A DNA stretch of 64,000 nt from Podarcis melisellensis (GCA_964234715.1 OZ174278.1), one strand, 5' to 3'; shown: positions 37,621-52,549, counted from the first letter of the stretch. Program-made: numbers and translations. Notes: generated by a model from the sequence alone, not told the origin.

Positions 37621-38662
37621 AATGTGATCACAGGCCAGCTAGATATGCCATACCATCAGTGTCACTGTCCAAAGGCTCTTTCTTTGTGTCCCTAGTCAAT
37701 ATGTATGTGGCATCTTCTCATGCATAGCATCTGTTAGTGAGGGCCTCAGTTGTGGATTTAGAAGATTCTGTATTTGTAGAAGGGTTCAGCTTAACACCTG
37801 ATGCTACATGTAGGTAGATGTTTTACCCATGACTGAAAGCTGATTGAACTCGGATCTTACATGAATAATGAGATGCCTAAGTCACCTGCTCTATTTCTTT
37901 TTACATAACGCTTTTCTATTTGTCTTCTTCATAACTGAAACACTGTAATATTAACCATTCTCCAGTATCTTTTGTCTGGAAAGGATGCTAACCCTGAACC
38001 ACACACACACTTAAATCTAGCTGGGGTTCTTAATAGAGCTGTTTTTAAATGATATTCTACCATATATTTTTAAATAAATGCCATCACCTCACACTCCATT
38101 TCACCCCAGGTTAATGAATCCATAACATTAGAAATAAAACCAGAGGTGTAATCACTGTATGGTAGGTACCATGGTTATTTTCTAAAGAGGCATAAATTAT
38201 CTGTCATGGAATTATGCTAATAATGATACAAAACGATGGGGTCAACAGGTGCATTTTCAGTGTAATTAAACACTTGCCTACCAATACACCACCTCTCTTA
38301 ATCAAATGCTTCATATATCATGAATTTGTCAAGACATAGAGAAACATCCTGCCAAAATCTGAGGTCTACGTACAGAGTAGCTGTTAACACCAGTCTTCTC
38401 ACTCTGGGTCACTTGATGATAACTTATGTCACAGTTGGGAAAATACACAGTAAAACATTGTTTAGGCTTTTGATTTTGAAGGAGGCGAGGGTGGAATAGA
38501 ACAGGAAATCAGTATTCTTACTATTCTCAACAGAAATGCAACTAAGAAGTTTCAGTCAATTAAAATCAATGGGTTTAAGCAAATAAATAATTAGCCTATA
38601 TTTTTTTTAAGAAAAATCACGTTACAACCCTTAAATTAGTTGCTTTATTGAGATATTAAATA

Positions 38663-38904
38663 CACTAGTACCTTGGTTTTCTAATGTCTCTGTTGATGAA
38701 CATTTCGGTTTTCAAATGCCATAAACCCGAAAGAAAATGCTTCGGCATTCGAGCATACCTTGGAAGTCAAACAGGAAACACAGCTTCTGCTGAGTGCAAA
38801 ACCATGAGGCCTAGCTGTCAGCTACTGAGTGTCCAGTTTTCGAACATTTCAAAACTTGAACGGTTTTCCAGAATGGATTACATTCAAAACCTGAGGTACC
38901 ACTG
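38663..38904. mobile_element. Tc1/mariner-Tigger (pogo-like) MITE
   Basis: TA flanks; TIRs cactagtaccttggtttt / aaaacctgaggtaccactg. Confidence 0.8.
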
Positions 38905-40012
38905 TATATGGAAGTAGGGGCTGGTGATTCTGTGACCCCATTGGCATGGTCAGACTGCATCGTGATGAAGCTCAGGCTAATGGTTCTATTTCCTGCTTCA
39001 GGGGTGGGCACTGATTAGAATGGCGTATCCCCGTCGGATCCAATGAGTTCCTGAATGCTTTTTCAGATGTTCTTTTGGGTAGGGCTAGTGATCCTGAAAT
39101 AGCCTTTGTCTTGCTTTGGAATTCTGAGATGCAGAAGTTTATCCATGTGATCATTCCTGAGTGCTCTCTCTGATGTGGGGGCACATTCAGCTTCTTGGGA
39201 CACTGGAGGGGAGGCACCTAGGAGCTTTGAAACAGGTAGGACAATTGGCACCATGCAGGCGATGAGAATCCCCTGGTTTTCAATAGTTGTGCCACCTTGT
39301 GATCAGTTTCAGTTTTTGTAGCCCGATAATGTAGAGAACGTTTAAGCGCCTATGAGCCCTCTTGGCCATAAAGGTATTACGGGGGGGGGGGCATGACTGG
39401 GTGGGGCCAGGGTGAACACATATTGATGTGAGGGGTGATGCCTGCTGCCAGTAGTGCAGCTACTTCTGAAGAAACCCTCTCTGACCTGATGACTTTATTA
39501 ACTACCCACTTTTTGAGCAAAGTACTTGAGTTGGTTGTGGGTGTGCAGTTGCAGGCATTCATGGAGGAAACAAATTAACTGGACCCATTGCAATTTAGGT
39601 TCAGACCTACACTGGACTCAGTCTGTATGTGGTTGGGGGTGCCGTGTGAGTGCTAATACTCTGGATTGGAATGCTGTCAAGATGAACGCTGTGTGTGTAA
39701 TCCGGGAAGTCAGTCAGTTTCCTGCCCTTGAATTGCCACAGGGAATTCAGTAGCATACTCTCATTTTCCAGAAGGAAACAGATAGAAACCTTGCTGTGGG
39801 GAATGCCTCTTGCATTTTAACCTTTCAAGCCCAAACATCTTGGGAAATAGATATCTGAGTGTCCTATCTCCTCCCGTGTCTCAATTTTGTACACGTTAGT
39901 TTGTGTGGTTTTATTTTCAGCAAATGCTTAGCACAGAAAAATCTGGATGTTGTGAACGTATTGAAATTTTATGATGGCTTGTTGCAAAAAAACATTTCAG
40001 TGCAACTCTTTA

Positions 40013-40220
40013 TTTTTTATTTTTTTTAATAATATATTTTATTGAATTTTGACATAAATATATTTCACAAATGTACAAAAGACAAAATGAAAAAGAAAAA
40101 ACAGAGAAAATGATAAAGAGAGAAAAAAAAGAAAAAAAGAAAAACACGAAAAACATATAACTTTAAAAGACATTGATCGACAAGGTAATATTTTCCGAAA
40201 TCGAGATAAGGGGAAGTCGA
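40013..40220 (-). mobile_element. Short polyadenylated retroposed insertion, probably an L1 3' UTR
   Basis: 16-bp TSD tcagtgcaactcttta (39997-40012, 40221-40236); poly(T) at the left end and a minus-strand AATAAA. Confidence 0.8.
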
Positions 40221-40422
40221 TCAGTGCAACTCTTTAAAAGGACCGCTTCCTACCAATGAACTTATCCAATTCCTGGTCTCTTCCGGAGACTGTAATCTGG
40301 CTGCACCTACCTTCTGATGTGCGGTAGGTGGAAGCTATGATGAAGTATTTTTAGTTATGGCCCCATCTTTGGGGAGCTATCTTCTGGCACAAGGTGAGAA
40401 TGTCTTATTTGCCAAGGACTGG

Positions 40423-40458
<36 letters not shown>

Positions 40459-40525
40459 TATTTGTACCCCGCCCATCTGGCTGGGTTTCCCCAGCCACTC
40501 TGGGCAGCTTCCACAAAGACCAAAA
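40423..40525 (-). mobile_element. L2-type 3' tail with adjacent (TAAA)n
   Basis: 'accccgcccatctggctgggtttccccagccactctgggcagcttcc' is the reverse complement of the tail at about 16027-16071. Confidence 0.75.
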
Positions 40526-40594
40526 ATACACTAATTCCCCAGATAATTTGGTTGTATAGGTTGTATGGCTTACAAATGATGATTATCATGATGA

Positions 40595-40595
<1 letters not shown>

Positions 40596-40652
<57 letters not shown>
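40596..40652. repeat. (TTA)n microsatellite
   Basis: About 18 units. Confidence 0.95.
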
Positions 40653-40653
<1 letters not shown>

Positions 40654-43600
40654 TCCACCTTTCATTTCAAAAAGAAATACCAAGGTGGTTCACAAACAAA
40701 AGCTGACAATGAAAAAACAAGAATAAAGCCAATTATAACAAATAAAGCTACTTGTAATTAAAATATATAGTAAAACAAATACATTAAAACATTCATAATT
40801 AAACTATGTATTAAACAAGCCTCTTAAAACAGCATAACAGGCAAAACAACAAACAAAGCAGGAGAGTCAGGTCAGGAGTACAAGGAAATAATAATAATAA
40901 TAATAATGAGGAGGAGGAGGAGGGAAAGGAAGATGAAGGTTGGTAACAATAGCTGTATTATTTTAGTATTATTGCATTATTGCATTGTTTATTTTCTGTT
41001 TTGTTTTCCTTTCCGAATCCACCCTGGGGGTTCTTGGGAACAGAGTGGGGCGGGACATGGAGTTGGACACCTTGTTCCTAGTAGTGGTGGGTTACACTTT
41101 TCATTCCTTTGTCGTTATTTTGAAGTGGGTTGTTGTTTGCAGGTTATGACAATGTAATACCACAAATGCTGTATTGTTCCCTGTTCCCATGTGACGTGAT
41201 GCCACTTTTATTTAAATATATGAGTACAAGATCCTCCAACCAGGCAAAGAGAAACAAATTTATTCCTTTAATAACTATCATCCCATATGGCCTTGTTGTT
41301 TTTCACAACCCAAGAGTCTTTAATGGTTTGTTTGTAATTCTGGTGATCATCAAAGAAACCCAGACTCATCTTATTTCTTTTTGTAATCTAGAGCAATTGA
41401 ATTTCAGATAAGAAGGAGGCGATCTCTGTGTGACCCACATTTGTTGGAGATAAATGTGTTTCATACAAACCTCTCATTGCCAAACTCGAATTCAGGCTTC
41501 TCTTTGCCATCTTTTGTTCCTGTTAAGTAGGGAAGTTCCCCAATTCTCTTCCCACTCCAGTCATATGCAAATAATGTGTCTGATTCATTCCCCTTTTCAT
41601 AGCACATTTGTTCATTAAACATTAAACACTGTCTGTGTTTTTCATCTCAATACATCCCCCCTCCCAGTTTAATAAAAAGTCAGAGGGTTCTGGGTACCTG
41701 CTTGTTATGTTGCTTTTTCCATCTCATTAACGTCCCTCTTTCCAGTTTACAATGGAATTCAAGATATAGTTGTGTGTGCGGCTGTAGAAAGCTAAATAAA
41801 TTATTCTACCCCTTATGACCACTTTGGCAGTTTCCTAATAAACACTTTGCCTAGTTTCTTGGTTTTATCATTAATATATTCTCAAATAGTCTTCATCTGT
41901 TGCACAAATGCTGGGACTTTAATTAGAGAGCTGTTAAATCTTCATACAGATCTCCTCTAATTCAGTGTACTATCCAGAGACACAAGGGAATGGAAAATCA
42001 TCAGGCGAAACTGGGTTTAAAATATCAGATGGTTTCATGTTAACTTACAGTTGTATACATCCATAAGAAGAAGAAAAACTCTCTGTAGATATTCTGATCC
42101 TAAAGGCGGTGGAACCAAAGTCCACTGAAACCATGCAGCATGAGAATTAAAATCTTGTGATATCATTTTCTCATTGTTATATTGCTAACAAAGGTGGAAT
42201 GTGACATCTCTCTCAGTCTAAGGAGATACCTAAAAATCCCTCAGCTGCCACAATTCCTGGAGACATCTGCCATTTCGTAAGAAAGGAAGACATCACTGCT
42301 AGATTTGCGGTTGTAAAGGAGCTATCTGCTATAATCCCTTGGATGATTCTCTTTTTCTCTTCTTTGTGCTGATCAAAACAGGAGGAAAACTACCAAACCT
42401 CAAACTTCACACTGAACAAAGGAAAAACAAACACAACAACAAAAAGAAAAGAAGTGATCAGCACTGACCCAGATGTAATTTGATTATAAATTATGGGAAA
42501 TATTATCAGATTCTTGTTGATCATATATAACATTCATACTGTTTCCATTTTTACGGCATCTACATATTCTGTGCACTTTTGAATTCCATTCCAAGCAGGG
42601 AAGTGTGAAAACAAGAAGATCTCTGGAGCACACCAGAATTAGAAGCAAGGGGCATATCAAATTTTCCATGCTCCCTGGGGTCCCACAGAGAATTTCTTAA
42701 AAAAAATAAAGAACTGAGTGCAGATTTGCTACTATCTCAGGGTTATTTATTGAAGTGTTTGCTTCACATTCTTCTATTCAAGTAACACCAACAGTTCCTC
42801 TTCCAAAGGTAAGATATTGTTGAACAATAAAGGATTGTTTCAATATAAAAAGGAGTTTATTTTCAATTGCTTTGAACTCTCCCTTTTCTGTGTAGGTAAC
42901 ACCCCAGGCTATCTCAGTGGTTGTTTCAACTGGGTCAAGTAAGTTCTCTGCAAAGGCAGACAAAGTCAAGACATGATGCCTCTGCCAACACTGTGCTCTA
43001 CAAGACCACTGTAGTCCTCACCCAAACACACTAGGTTATTGGAATAAAGTTGTGCCTACTCTCCAGGAATGGAAAGTCTACCCTGTCCACAGGTGGATGG
43101 GAAAGAGATCCCCACCCCAGGGGCTTCAGCTCTGTGAGCACGGCCTCTGCATGGCCTCTGACCAGCATCCCGTGACTTTGGTCGCAGTACGACTTTATTG
43201 GTGCCCAGGAGGGATGATTACGGCAGCCTGAAAGGGCCAGGTGTCATGGCTGCCACAGTTTTACAGGTGAGTCTCAGCAGCCCTGACACAAGGACAGAAA
43301 CTGAATATCTCCTTGAAAAACAGTAGCCTGTTTTCTCTGTAAATACTTGTGTAACTTGCACTGGAGGCTGCATTTCCAACCCACTGCCAAGCAGTCTCTT
43401 GCCCAAAAGGTCCTGGGGTGGGTGGGAAGGAGCTTTTGCCTCATCTGCCATTTCAGTTCTTCCTTTGCTCTGAAGGTATGTATTGGGGATTTGACAGCTG
43501 CTCCCATATCCTGTGAAGCCTTAAAGTGGGTCTGATGCTTCAGGGAGAACTTCTTCTCTTTGGGCTGCTGCGATGAAAACACATTCTGCTGGAGGCAGCC

Positions 43601-44877
43601 CAGATCCCAAAGTTTCCCACACTGGTTCTGTATCCAGGTTTTGTCTGAAGCAGATGCACCTCTCTAGTGGAGACTGCCTTGGAGACTGCCAGAACTTCAG
43701 CAGAACTCTTGCCTTGTTCCTGGATCCAGCAACACCTGCAAGGTTTGAGCCCAAGAAGTGATATGCAGATTGTGCCCCGACACTGAACTCATGCTGGGGA
43801 ATTGCAAAAACAAGAAACTTCATGGCTTGCAGCATTAATCAGAGAAATCTCTTGGTCAGAAACAGGCCAGAGTGTTATGGTCAAGTGTTTACATGTGCTG
43901 TTAAGCTGTTCAGTGAGGAGAATCCAAATCCTGGCTCAGGTTCCAAACATCAAGTACATTTGTTTGTTTGACCAAAAGATTTCAGGGTGGTTCACATAGC
44001 CTCAGTTGGCCAACCGCTGAACAGCCCTCACGGTACCCTTAGAGCCAAGGCTAATGGTCTCCACTCCTCAAGTTGTGCTTGCTAACTTGGCAGATACATC
44101 TGAGAGAGGTCTGTACCTCCCCCATCTTCAAGAGAGCAGAGTTATACAAAATTTCTTGTACTTTTACTTATTTTAAAATGTTTTTTAGTAATTATTGATA
44201 ATTCTAATATTTCTTTCAAACTGCTTAGAGGTTTTACTACAATAAGGTGGTGTATTATTTTTAAAGGAAAATTCTCAGACTATTACTTAGTGATCATGAG
44301 TTGTATTCCAAATAAATTCTACGCAGAGTAGATCCACTGTAATTAATAGACCTCTGTTAGCTATGCCCACATTTCTGTAATCAATAAAGTTGTGGCCTAA
44401 AATTTTGCCCAATAACCTTAAACCAAAATTCTGTGTCAGTGTGAATTTTATTCTAAGGAGGGGCTGGTTTGGGGGCCTTGCCACACAAGTCTTGTTTTGT
44501 TCTATCGACAAATAAAATGAGCTTAGAATAATGTATTTTTCAACAAAATATATTTTTAGCAATGATGAAAGAAGCATCCATATGTTTAAAGCAAAATATA
44601 ACTTGGAATATATTTTGACATTTTTATTGCCAGACTTATTCAGATCACATCTGATCAATATGATTCACATTACTTTTAAAGAGAGAGAAGAAATGAAACA
44701 GAACTACTTTACAGGCAGATAGTGCTGCTGAAGAATTGCTATGCAAGAGTTCAAGGAAGAAGAAAATAAGTAATATCCAGTAAGCAAAAATGTATAATGT
44801 GTACATTTGTAATTTTAATTATATAATTTATAATGTATAAACAGAAGTGGGAAGTGGATTGAAATATTCTTACAAGC

Positions 44878-45194
44878 CAAATCCCCACGACGGGGTGAGC
44901 TTCCATTCTTCTGTCCCTGCTCCTGCCAACCTAGCAGTTCGAAAGCACACCAGGGCAAGCAGATAAATAGGTACTGCTGTGGCAGGAAGGTAAACGGCAT
45001 TTCCATCCACTCTGGCTTCCATCACAGTGTCCTGTTGTGCCAGAAGTGGTCCTGCTGGCCACATGACCCGGAAAGCCGTCTGTGGACAAACGCTGACTCC
45101 CTTGGCCTGAAAGTGAGATGAGGGCCGCAACTCCATAGTTGCCTTTGACTGGACTTTAACCACCCAGGGGTCCTTTACTTTTTACCTTTTTACC
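44878..45194 (+). mobile_element. Sauria SINE, 5'-truncated
   Basis: Body homologous to the other copies; tail 'ggggtcctttactttttacctttttacc'. Confidence 0.88.
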
Positions 45195-47929
45195 TAGTCA
45201 CTTGCCAGTCCATGTGGGCACAAAATTTCCTATCTGCAGACAGTCCTTTTGAAGAGCTAGAGCTATGGATTGGGTCACTTTGCATTTGAATTCCTTCAGC
45301 AATCCCTACATCAGTGTGAGTCCCCTGGGTCTAATAAAAACAGGACTGTACTACCTCGATTTCAGACACATCTCTTTGCAACACACTCTCTGTACATATC
45401 TGCAGCCTGGTAGCAATGCCATGGTTTTAACACTTTGCACCTTTTATGAAAATATTTCCACATCAACTTCTGCATGATCTCAAGGACTCTGGGAAGTGTT
45501 CTAAGGTTCAAATTCAGTTTTGATATTGCACTAGTCCCACCAGACTTCACCATGGAACTTATTGAAACATCCCTTACAGCTGCACTTTGTAGAGGAAAAC
45601 TGCTAGATGTAAACAACTAGCAAGTTGTCCATCATTGGTGATCTTTTTGTTGATGAACCTATGACAGTGTTCAAAGGAACTAGGACAGCACAAGGGCAGG
45701 GTTTTTCATTCTGAATTCTTATTCCATAGCTGGTACATCAGATCTTGGAATTGGGACGATAGATGTTAATTACATTGACCTGCAGTCTAAACCTTATGAA
45801 AGGTATAGGATGCTGTATTTCACAAAACAATTTACTGTGAACAATTTAAGAGCTGGAACAAATAGTCAAAGAAGTTTAATTAATTTCACAAATTGTCACA
45901 GTGAAAATCTGAGAATTCATCCAAGGAAACAAATATTTGAATATGTTTCAGATATTTGAAAACTATTTTCTTCCTTTCCAATTAATTGGGTCATAGGGGG
46001 TTTGGCTCTCAGTTTATTGACAGTTTTCCTCTTCTTCTGTTAGGAATGTAATAGTTTCACAATTGCAGTGAATAAGATGGGGAATTTTTAATCCCTAAAA
46101 TGTTTGCTTTCTCAGTAGGCTTCTATTGATTTTTCTTTCAAAAAGGTGTCAACCACTTAAATTAGTCCACGTCTGCAGGGCAAGCCTCCACTTCTCCCTG
46201 CCTGCTTGAAGCTTGTGGATTTCTTCAGCTTCTTTAACCATTCAAATTAACCTACTTTAAAAAAATGATAATAATAGATGAGTGAGTGGAAGAATGACAA
46301 CTGGGGAGTGACAGGAGGAGAGTGTCGAGAATGAGTTGCAGAGGAAGACAGAAAATGAGAGGAAAGTAGGTGGGAGAGAGAAGGAAGGCAGCAGAGTGAA
46401 AGGCAGCATTACCGTTACAGAGGAGAGTCAGGGATCTGAGAAGTGCTGCTGGGGTTTGCTGGAGCAGCTAGAAAGTCTTTTAAAACTCAGATCATTTTAA
46501 AGCATAAAACACTTGTAAGTTTAGAAAGGGTCTCCATGGCAAACCAGTGTGGCAAACCAGGCATTCTCCAGGCCCCCCAGCCCAGAATGCCTGCATCTAA
46601 GAAGAAGGCCCCCTTGCACCCTCCCCAGGTGCCAAAGGAGGTGGGGAAGAAGCTGTCTTAACTTCCACCACTATTGCAGTCATGAATCATACTTTTTTAA
46701 AAAGGGGGGGCAGGGGTGTAGGAGTATCAGCAGCCCTGACATTGCCAAGAGGAGGATCTGCTGGACCATGCAGAGCACCTCCTGAAGTTGTTGCACCCTG
46801 CTTGTGGTTAACGCTTAGCTGGAATGAAATATTCAACGCAGCAATAGAGAAATTAAAATAATAATTTATTTGTCAGACAAATAAATGATAGGCACAGTGG
46901 TATATGGTTACCAAAGCTCTGCCCACTCCAGCCCTGATGGTCAGCACTTATATTTCCTCAACCCAGCCCCCTTGCTCCTCCTTTGGCTGCCTCTGTCCAA
47001 TCAGCCTGGTTGAAATTCCTATTGGCTGTTTGCTAGAACCAATCATAAAAGATACACCCATTTCCTATGACCTTTTATGGGAGACAAAGAGCTATATTTC
47101 CTTCTATCCATAAATGGCAAACAAGTAGCCATATATCTTACATTTGCCTTGACAAGGCACCTTAATTACCAGATCACCTTTTGCCCTTGTTGCCCCTCCA
47201 TTCCAAAATAGATGGCTAAAACAGATGGCCCATTCTGTCTTACATTTTGTCTTAAACAGAGATCTTGGGTTCACATTCTCACACACCATCAATGAAATAA
47301 GAATCTAACATAAGAAACTAACATTTCTTACTTTCTAAATCCTTTGCATCATTACATTTAAGCCAACAAATCTCATATATTAGCATAGCTTTTTAGAAGA
47401 AAAGACCTTTGCAAAGTAAAACTCTTCAGTTTACACCCCCCTTTTCCTGGCCAGCTGCTTTTCCCATTAGCTCTTGCCCTTTAACCTTAGGAAAATGTGG
47501 CTAAAGTCTCTAATGGGAGGCACATGGTATTATTTTCTGTTAAACAATAAATCCTACTATTTACTAACTCTTAATTAGTGTTTTTGCAGCTTGATTGTAT
47601 TCTGTTAATATGTAGGGTCAATAACCTTTTGCTCCCAGCCTATAATTCCCTTTTACAACTTTGAGAATTTTGGCTCCTGCTATAAATCAGGGGGGTCCTT
47701 GTCTAGGAGGATAAACATCTGCCAAAGTACTTAGCCAGCTGCTTTTCTGCCTGGCATAAAACATTTGCAGTCTTTAAGCTCATTTTAAAATACAGGCCTT
47801 GATCAGATGCCTCAAAGTCTGGCACCAGCCCTATGCACCCACTGGATGTCACACTTCTGTAGATCTTGGGCCACAGTTCTTGGCTCAAAATCATATCAAA
47901 GTATGTACAATGTGCATTTTCACAGAAGC

Positions 47930-48183
47930 ATAGATGTGTAGAGTTGGACAAGCCCCCAGGGGTCATCTAGTCCACCCCGCTGCAATTCAGGATTCACAAC
48001 TATGGAATCCATGACAGATGGCCATCCAACCTCTGTTTAAAAATCCACCACATTCTGAGTGACCCCATTCCATTGTGGAACAGCTCTTACTGTCAGAAAA
48101 TTATTCTTGATGTTTAGTTGGAATCTCCTTTCCTGTAACTTGAATCCATTGGTCCATGTCCTGCCCTCCAGAGCAGGAGAAAG
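47930..48183 (-). mobile_element. CR1 3' fragment
   Basis: 'gtagagttggac..ggtcatctagtcc..cagctcttactgtcagaaaattattcttgatgtttag'. Confidence 0.85.
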
Positions 48184-48611
48184 CTACCCTATCACTTGCT
48201 TGCCTGAAAGGGTTAACCTGAGCCCTGAGCTCAAGTTATCAGTGTGGGTGTGGCTTAGCAGGTCCCAGCAGCCTTTGCCCCACCCTCTTTCCCCCTCTTT
48301 TTGTGTTTCCTGGAACAAGAAAGAGCCATGTCTCCAGTGGCTCCCAGCTGCAATAAAAACCAAATAAACTGAATATTTCCAAAAGGGAATTTTTACAGTC
48401 TGCATCTTTGCTAACCCAAAGATTGCATGGTCCTTTTCAGAAGGAAAAAAAAGTACTTTTTAAAAAAAGTTGTTTTGAACATTTTTTACCATTACTGCCG
48501 GCTGATGAAGACTTGTGTGATGTAACTTCTGGAAACTCTGTGAGTAAAACATTCACTTATTTGCCAAGCTAAGTGTCTACAATTTATTCTAGCCTAAGTA
48601 TTTTCAGGGTA

Positions 48612-48975
48612 AAGTAAAGGTAAAGGTACCCCTGCCCGTACGGGCCAGTCTTGACAGACTCTGGGGTTGTGCGCTCATCTCACTCTAGAGGTCAGGAGCC
48701 AGCGCTGTCTGCAGACACCTCTGGGTCATGTGGCCAGCGTGACGAAGCTGCTCCGGCGAACCGGCACCAGAGCAGCACATGGAAACGCCGTTTACCTTCC
48801 CGCTATACAGCGGTACCTATTTATCTACTTGCACTTTCGTGCTTTCGAACTGCTAGGTGGGCAGGAGCTGGGACGAACGGCGGAAGCTCACCCCGCCGTG
48901 GGGATTCGAACCACTGACCATGCGATCGGCAAGTCCTAGGCGCTGAGGTTTTACCCACAGCGCCATCCATGTCCC
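48612..48975 (-). mobile_element. Sauria SINE, full length
   Basis: Head and (ACCTTT)n tail both present; degenerate 13-bp TSD tattttcagggta / tatttccagagta (48599-48611, 48979-48991). Confidence 0.9.
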
Positions 48976-50355
48976 TTTTATTTCCAGAGTAGACATTTGT
49001 TTAAAGGTGGATGAGAGCAACTATAACCAATCTAACCAAGTTTTAATGTGCTTGGAGCTATCACCACTATGCTAAACTCTGCTACGAGAGGGTAAGAACC
49101 TCTCCTCCAAACCTGTCCTTCCAGCAAACATTACAGTGGCTGTAACATGAAGTTGATGAAGCCAGAGGCCTGTCTGAATAAAAGCCTATTTGCCAGCTGG
49201 TGGAAGGTAATCTGAGAAGGGAACTGGATGGGGCTCACTGTGCTAGGAATTCCAGAGATCAGGACCAGCCACCCAGTTAAGTTCTGCCAAATATGTTTCA
49301 GGTCTTGGTCGGACAGAAATCAGTGCTTCCCCTGATGATCTTAAAACCTGGGAATGTTGCTGTTGTGCCATTGAAGGAATTCCCTTTTAAGGTCAACAAA
49401 GCAAGGCAAACGGGTTGTTATGATTCCAGAAACAGACTCTTACGAAGCTTTACAGTGGAAAGAGTTGTGGCAGAAAGGAGAATGTAACTTCGCTTATTCC
49501 ATTTTTTCAGCAGTGCATTAACTTTTTAAAATTAGAATACCAATTTTTAAAACTAAAACACCAAGCAATGTAATTATTATAGTTATAATTAAAATAGCTA
49601 TTGGAATATTTTAAATACGTAATTTTTATGGTCTTATTCTTTTAAAAATGTATAGTTTTCTTTGATGTAAGTATTCATAGCATAACCTTATACAGAAGTC
49701 CCATTGAGTTCAACACGTATGATTACAGCTCTAAAAATATTAAATGTTTATATGAAATAAATGTTTGAGAGGGGCTTGGAACAAAAATTAAGCTGCTTAA
49801 AAGATTATTTGAACTGGAATTGATTCTTCTAACTAGCAGCACCTGCTTTCGTCTTGAGGTTACTGTGTAGGACTGATATAACACAGAGGGTTGCTTCCCT
49901 GACAAAAGCAAGGGGGAAGCTGTTTGCACAAAGAGGGTTTCCACCCCCCCTCCCACTTCACTATAGTAACCTGAGAAGCCTTTCTTGAAATTTGGGGGCT
50001 GTGGCACAGTAGATTGAAGGAAGCAGTTGCTGTGGGAAGTGAAACCGGGTTACCTTTCTCTGTTTTTATGGTTTTTCAGTAGACTGCCGTATCAAAAGGT
50101 CATCATCAACAATGTCTCTTTTTTATTACCTTATGTCGCAAAATTTAGCGTTTACTGGTAGATTTCTGAGTTATTTGAATTAGATTTGTGAGGATTTTTG
50201 CTTTCTATTGCTTTAGCAATGACAACAACAAAACAACCTCTCCCCTAGGACTCGGCTACATTGGCAAAGAAAAAATGCTTTATATTCATTGTTTATGCAT
50301 CCTAACACTGTGACACCAGATGGTGCTGTGGAGTTCCATTTTTGCTTACCCAATT

Positions 50356-50518
50356 NNNNNNNNNNNNNNNNNNNNNNNNNNNNNNNNNNNNNNNNNNNNN
50401 NNNNNNNNNNNNNNNNNNNNNNNNNNNNNNNNNNNNNNNNNNNNNNNNNNNNNNNNNNNNNNNNNNNNNNNNNNNNNNNNNNNNNNNNNNNNNNNNNNNN
50501 NNNNNNNNNNNNNNNNNN
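50356..50518. other. Assembly gap (N run)
   Basis: Run of n. Confidence 1.
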
Positions 50519-52549
50519 CCAGAGGTCTCAGGGCGGTTCACAGAAAATAAAAATAAAAACAAAACCCAATAACATCCCCCCCCCCCAAAAGAGCCACATT
50601 TTAAAATGGCATAGAATGTCGATCAGGTCAACCAAAATTTGCAACATGCTTACCTGAAATGCTTCTTTGATGTGTCTAGATGCAGCCCTAACTTACACTG
50701 CTGAAATGATTAAACCTTGTGTGGAAGTCTGAAGTGTGGATTCTAGGCTTAGGGATGGCAACGATTTTCTCAGTACTTGAGCTTGCTCTCATGCTGAACC
50801 TCCTTTGCTTACTTGCAGTCATTTGTGAGCTTTGAAAGTCGATCAGGTTTCATGCAAGTGTTAGCAATATTTAGCAGTACACATTTATTTGGTCATGAAA
50901 TAATAACGAATCAATGGGCAACTTACTGAACCAGACCATTCCTAACCATGTCTACATAGCAGTAAGTCCTATTTTAATCAATGCTACCTACTCCCTGGTA
51001 AATCAGGTTACAATTCCACCTTTACTGCATTTGTTTTTTACTACCACTAAGTATCATAGAAAAATTCAGCCACCTCTGCTCTCCTATCCGCTTTATCATT
51101 TCATTGCTTGTTTAGATACCAAATCATCAACAACCAAGTATTTGCAGGTGTGATTTAAAAGGGACAGGATAGGAAAATTGGGAACACAAATTGCTCTGTT
51201 GGTATTGCACAAAGCCAAGAATAAAGACACCACAAGACACAAAAATTATGAAACCCTTGGGAGCATGCAAATGGATATTGTGTGCAATGATTAAGAGTAG
51301 CAAAACTGCAAATAGCAAAATCCATTGCACAACAAGTTCTTGCAGTGTAGCCTGGAGTACTGAAGTCAATTATGCAATTTTTGCAAAATGCAAGAGTGGG
51401 CTGACCTGACATGAGTTTTATGAGCAGTGGACAGAAATGAACCATGAGTTAAAACCTGAGCAGCTACAAGACTGTGAGCCCCATCCCCGGGAAGGACTTT
51501 AAGATCAGTTCATTTCTGGTACTCAGGACAAATTCCTGCACTAATAATTCTTTAATCTTTGATTTATTTCTTTTGCACTGAACTTAGATGGATGAATCTG
51601 GGGGATATAGTGAAAAAACAAAGAAGACCTTGCAGCCCTAAATCTAGAGTATTCAAAGCAGTGTACAAACCTGCTCGTAGAAATCCGTACCAGCTAGGTT
51701 TGTATTAATTATGACTGTGGATTACAGGAGAAAGACTGGACTATGGCCCTGAAGGTTTGTGGGGTGGGGTGGGGTGTCAAGATCTTGGAATGACTAAGCA
51801 CTTTGCTCAGCCTCCACTGTATGTATGCAGGAAACAATCAATTAGGAATTTCTGCAATCTCTTCTGAGCCTTCTAGGGCTGCCTAGTACTACAAAACTAT
51901 GTGAGTAAATGCTTAAAATATGCTAATTAGAAGAAACTTTTCAAGTTGAATTCTGTGAAAACTCACTCAGAGGAAGGGGAGAATGAATGAAATAATAATC
52001 TGCTGTGTAAATCCCCCTTTGCTCAACCAAGATCCATAAGGGGACAAAATGAATGTGAACTATGAACTATGTTATAAAATGCAAATGAAACAATGTGTCA
52101 CTAAGGCCAAGATGTCTAATGGATAGCAATAGGGCGCCTTTGTTGTCATAATGCTTCAGGAGCTATGAGAAGGTTCACAGCACACCTTAGTTATAGCTCA
52201 GGCCATATGTAGAGCATTCTTTGTCAAAATGTCAGGCATAAACTGAAATTTTCCTGCCAGCACTCCCAAAATGTCAAGGAGTGTGCACTGAAGGAGCTTA
52301 TGAGGTAAAGGGACACCTTTAGATGGATGGAGGATCTGAGCACAGACAGAACACGGATAAAGTCCACTAGACTGGTTTTCCACTTTAGATGCTGACTTGG
52401 TATGAAATGCAAGTTAACTGCAACAGTAAAAATAACAGAAGGTTAAAGATACAGTTCTTCACTCAGTTATTCTGGCCTGTTTATTATTTAATTTTGTTCA
52501 TCTGTTTCATTCAGAGTAACTGGCCATAGTAGCAGCCAACAACATAGCA

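Noticed and set aside
38990-39400. Possible degraded LINE or coding remnant
   Set aside because: Too decayed to assign to any family by eye.
43274-43835. Exon-like composition with several 60-100 aa ORFs
   Set aside because: No recognisable protein and stops in the alternative frames; cannot support a host exon.
48495-48550. Hammerhead-like CTGATGA...GAAACTC-tgt-GAGTA
   Set aside because: Stem III is plausible, but stem II is out of register and there is no stem I pairing.
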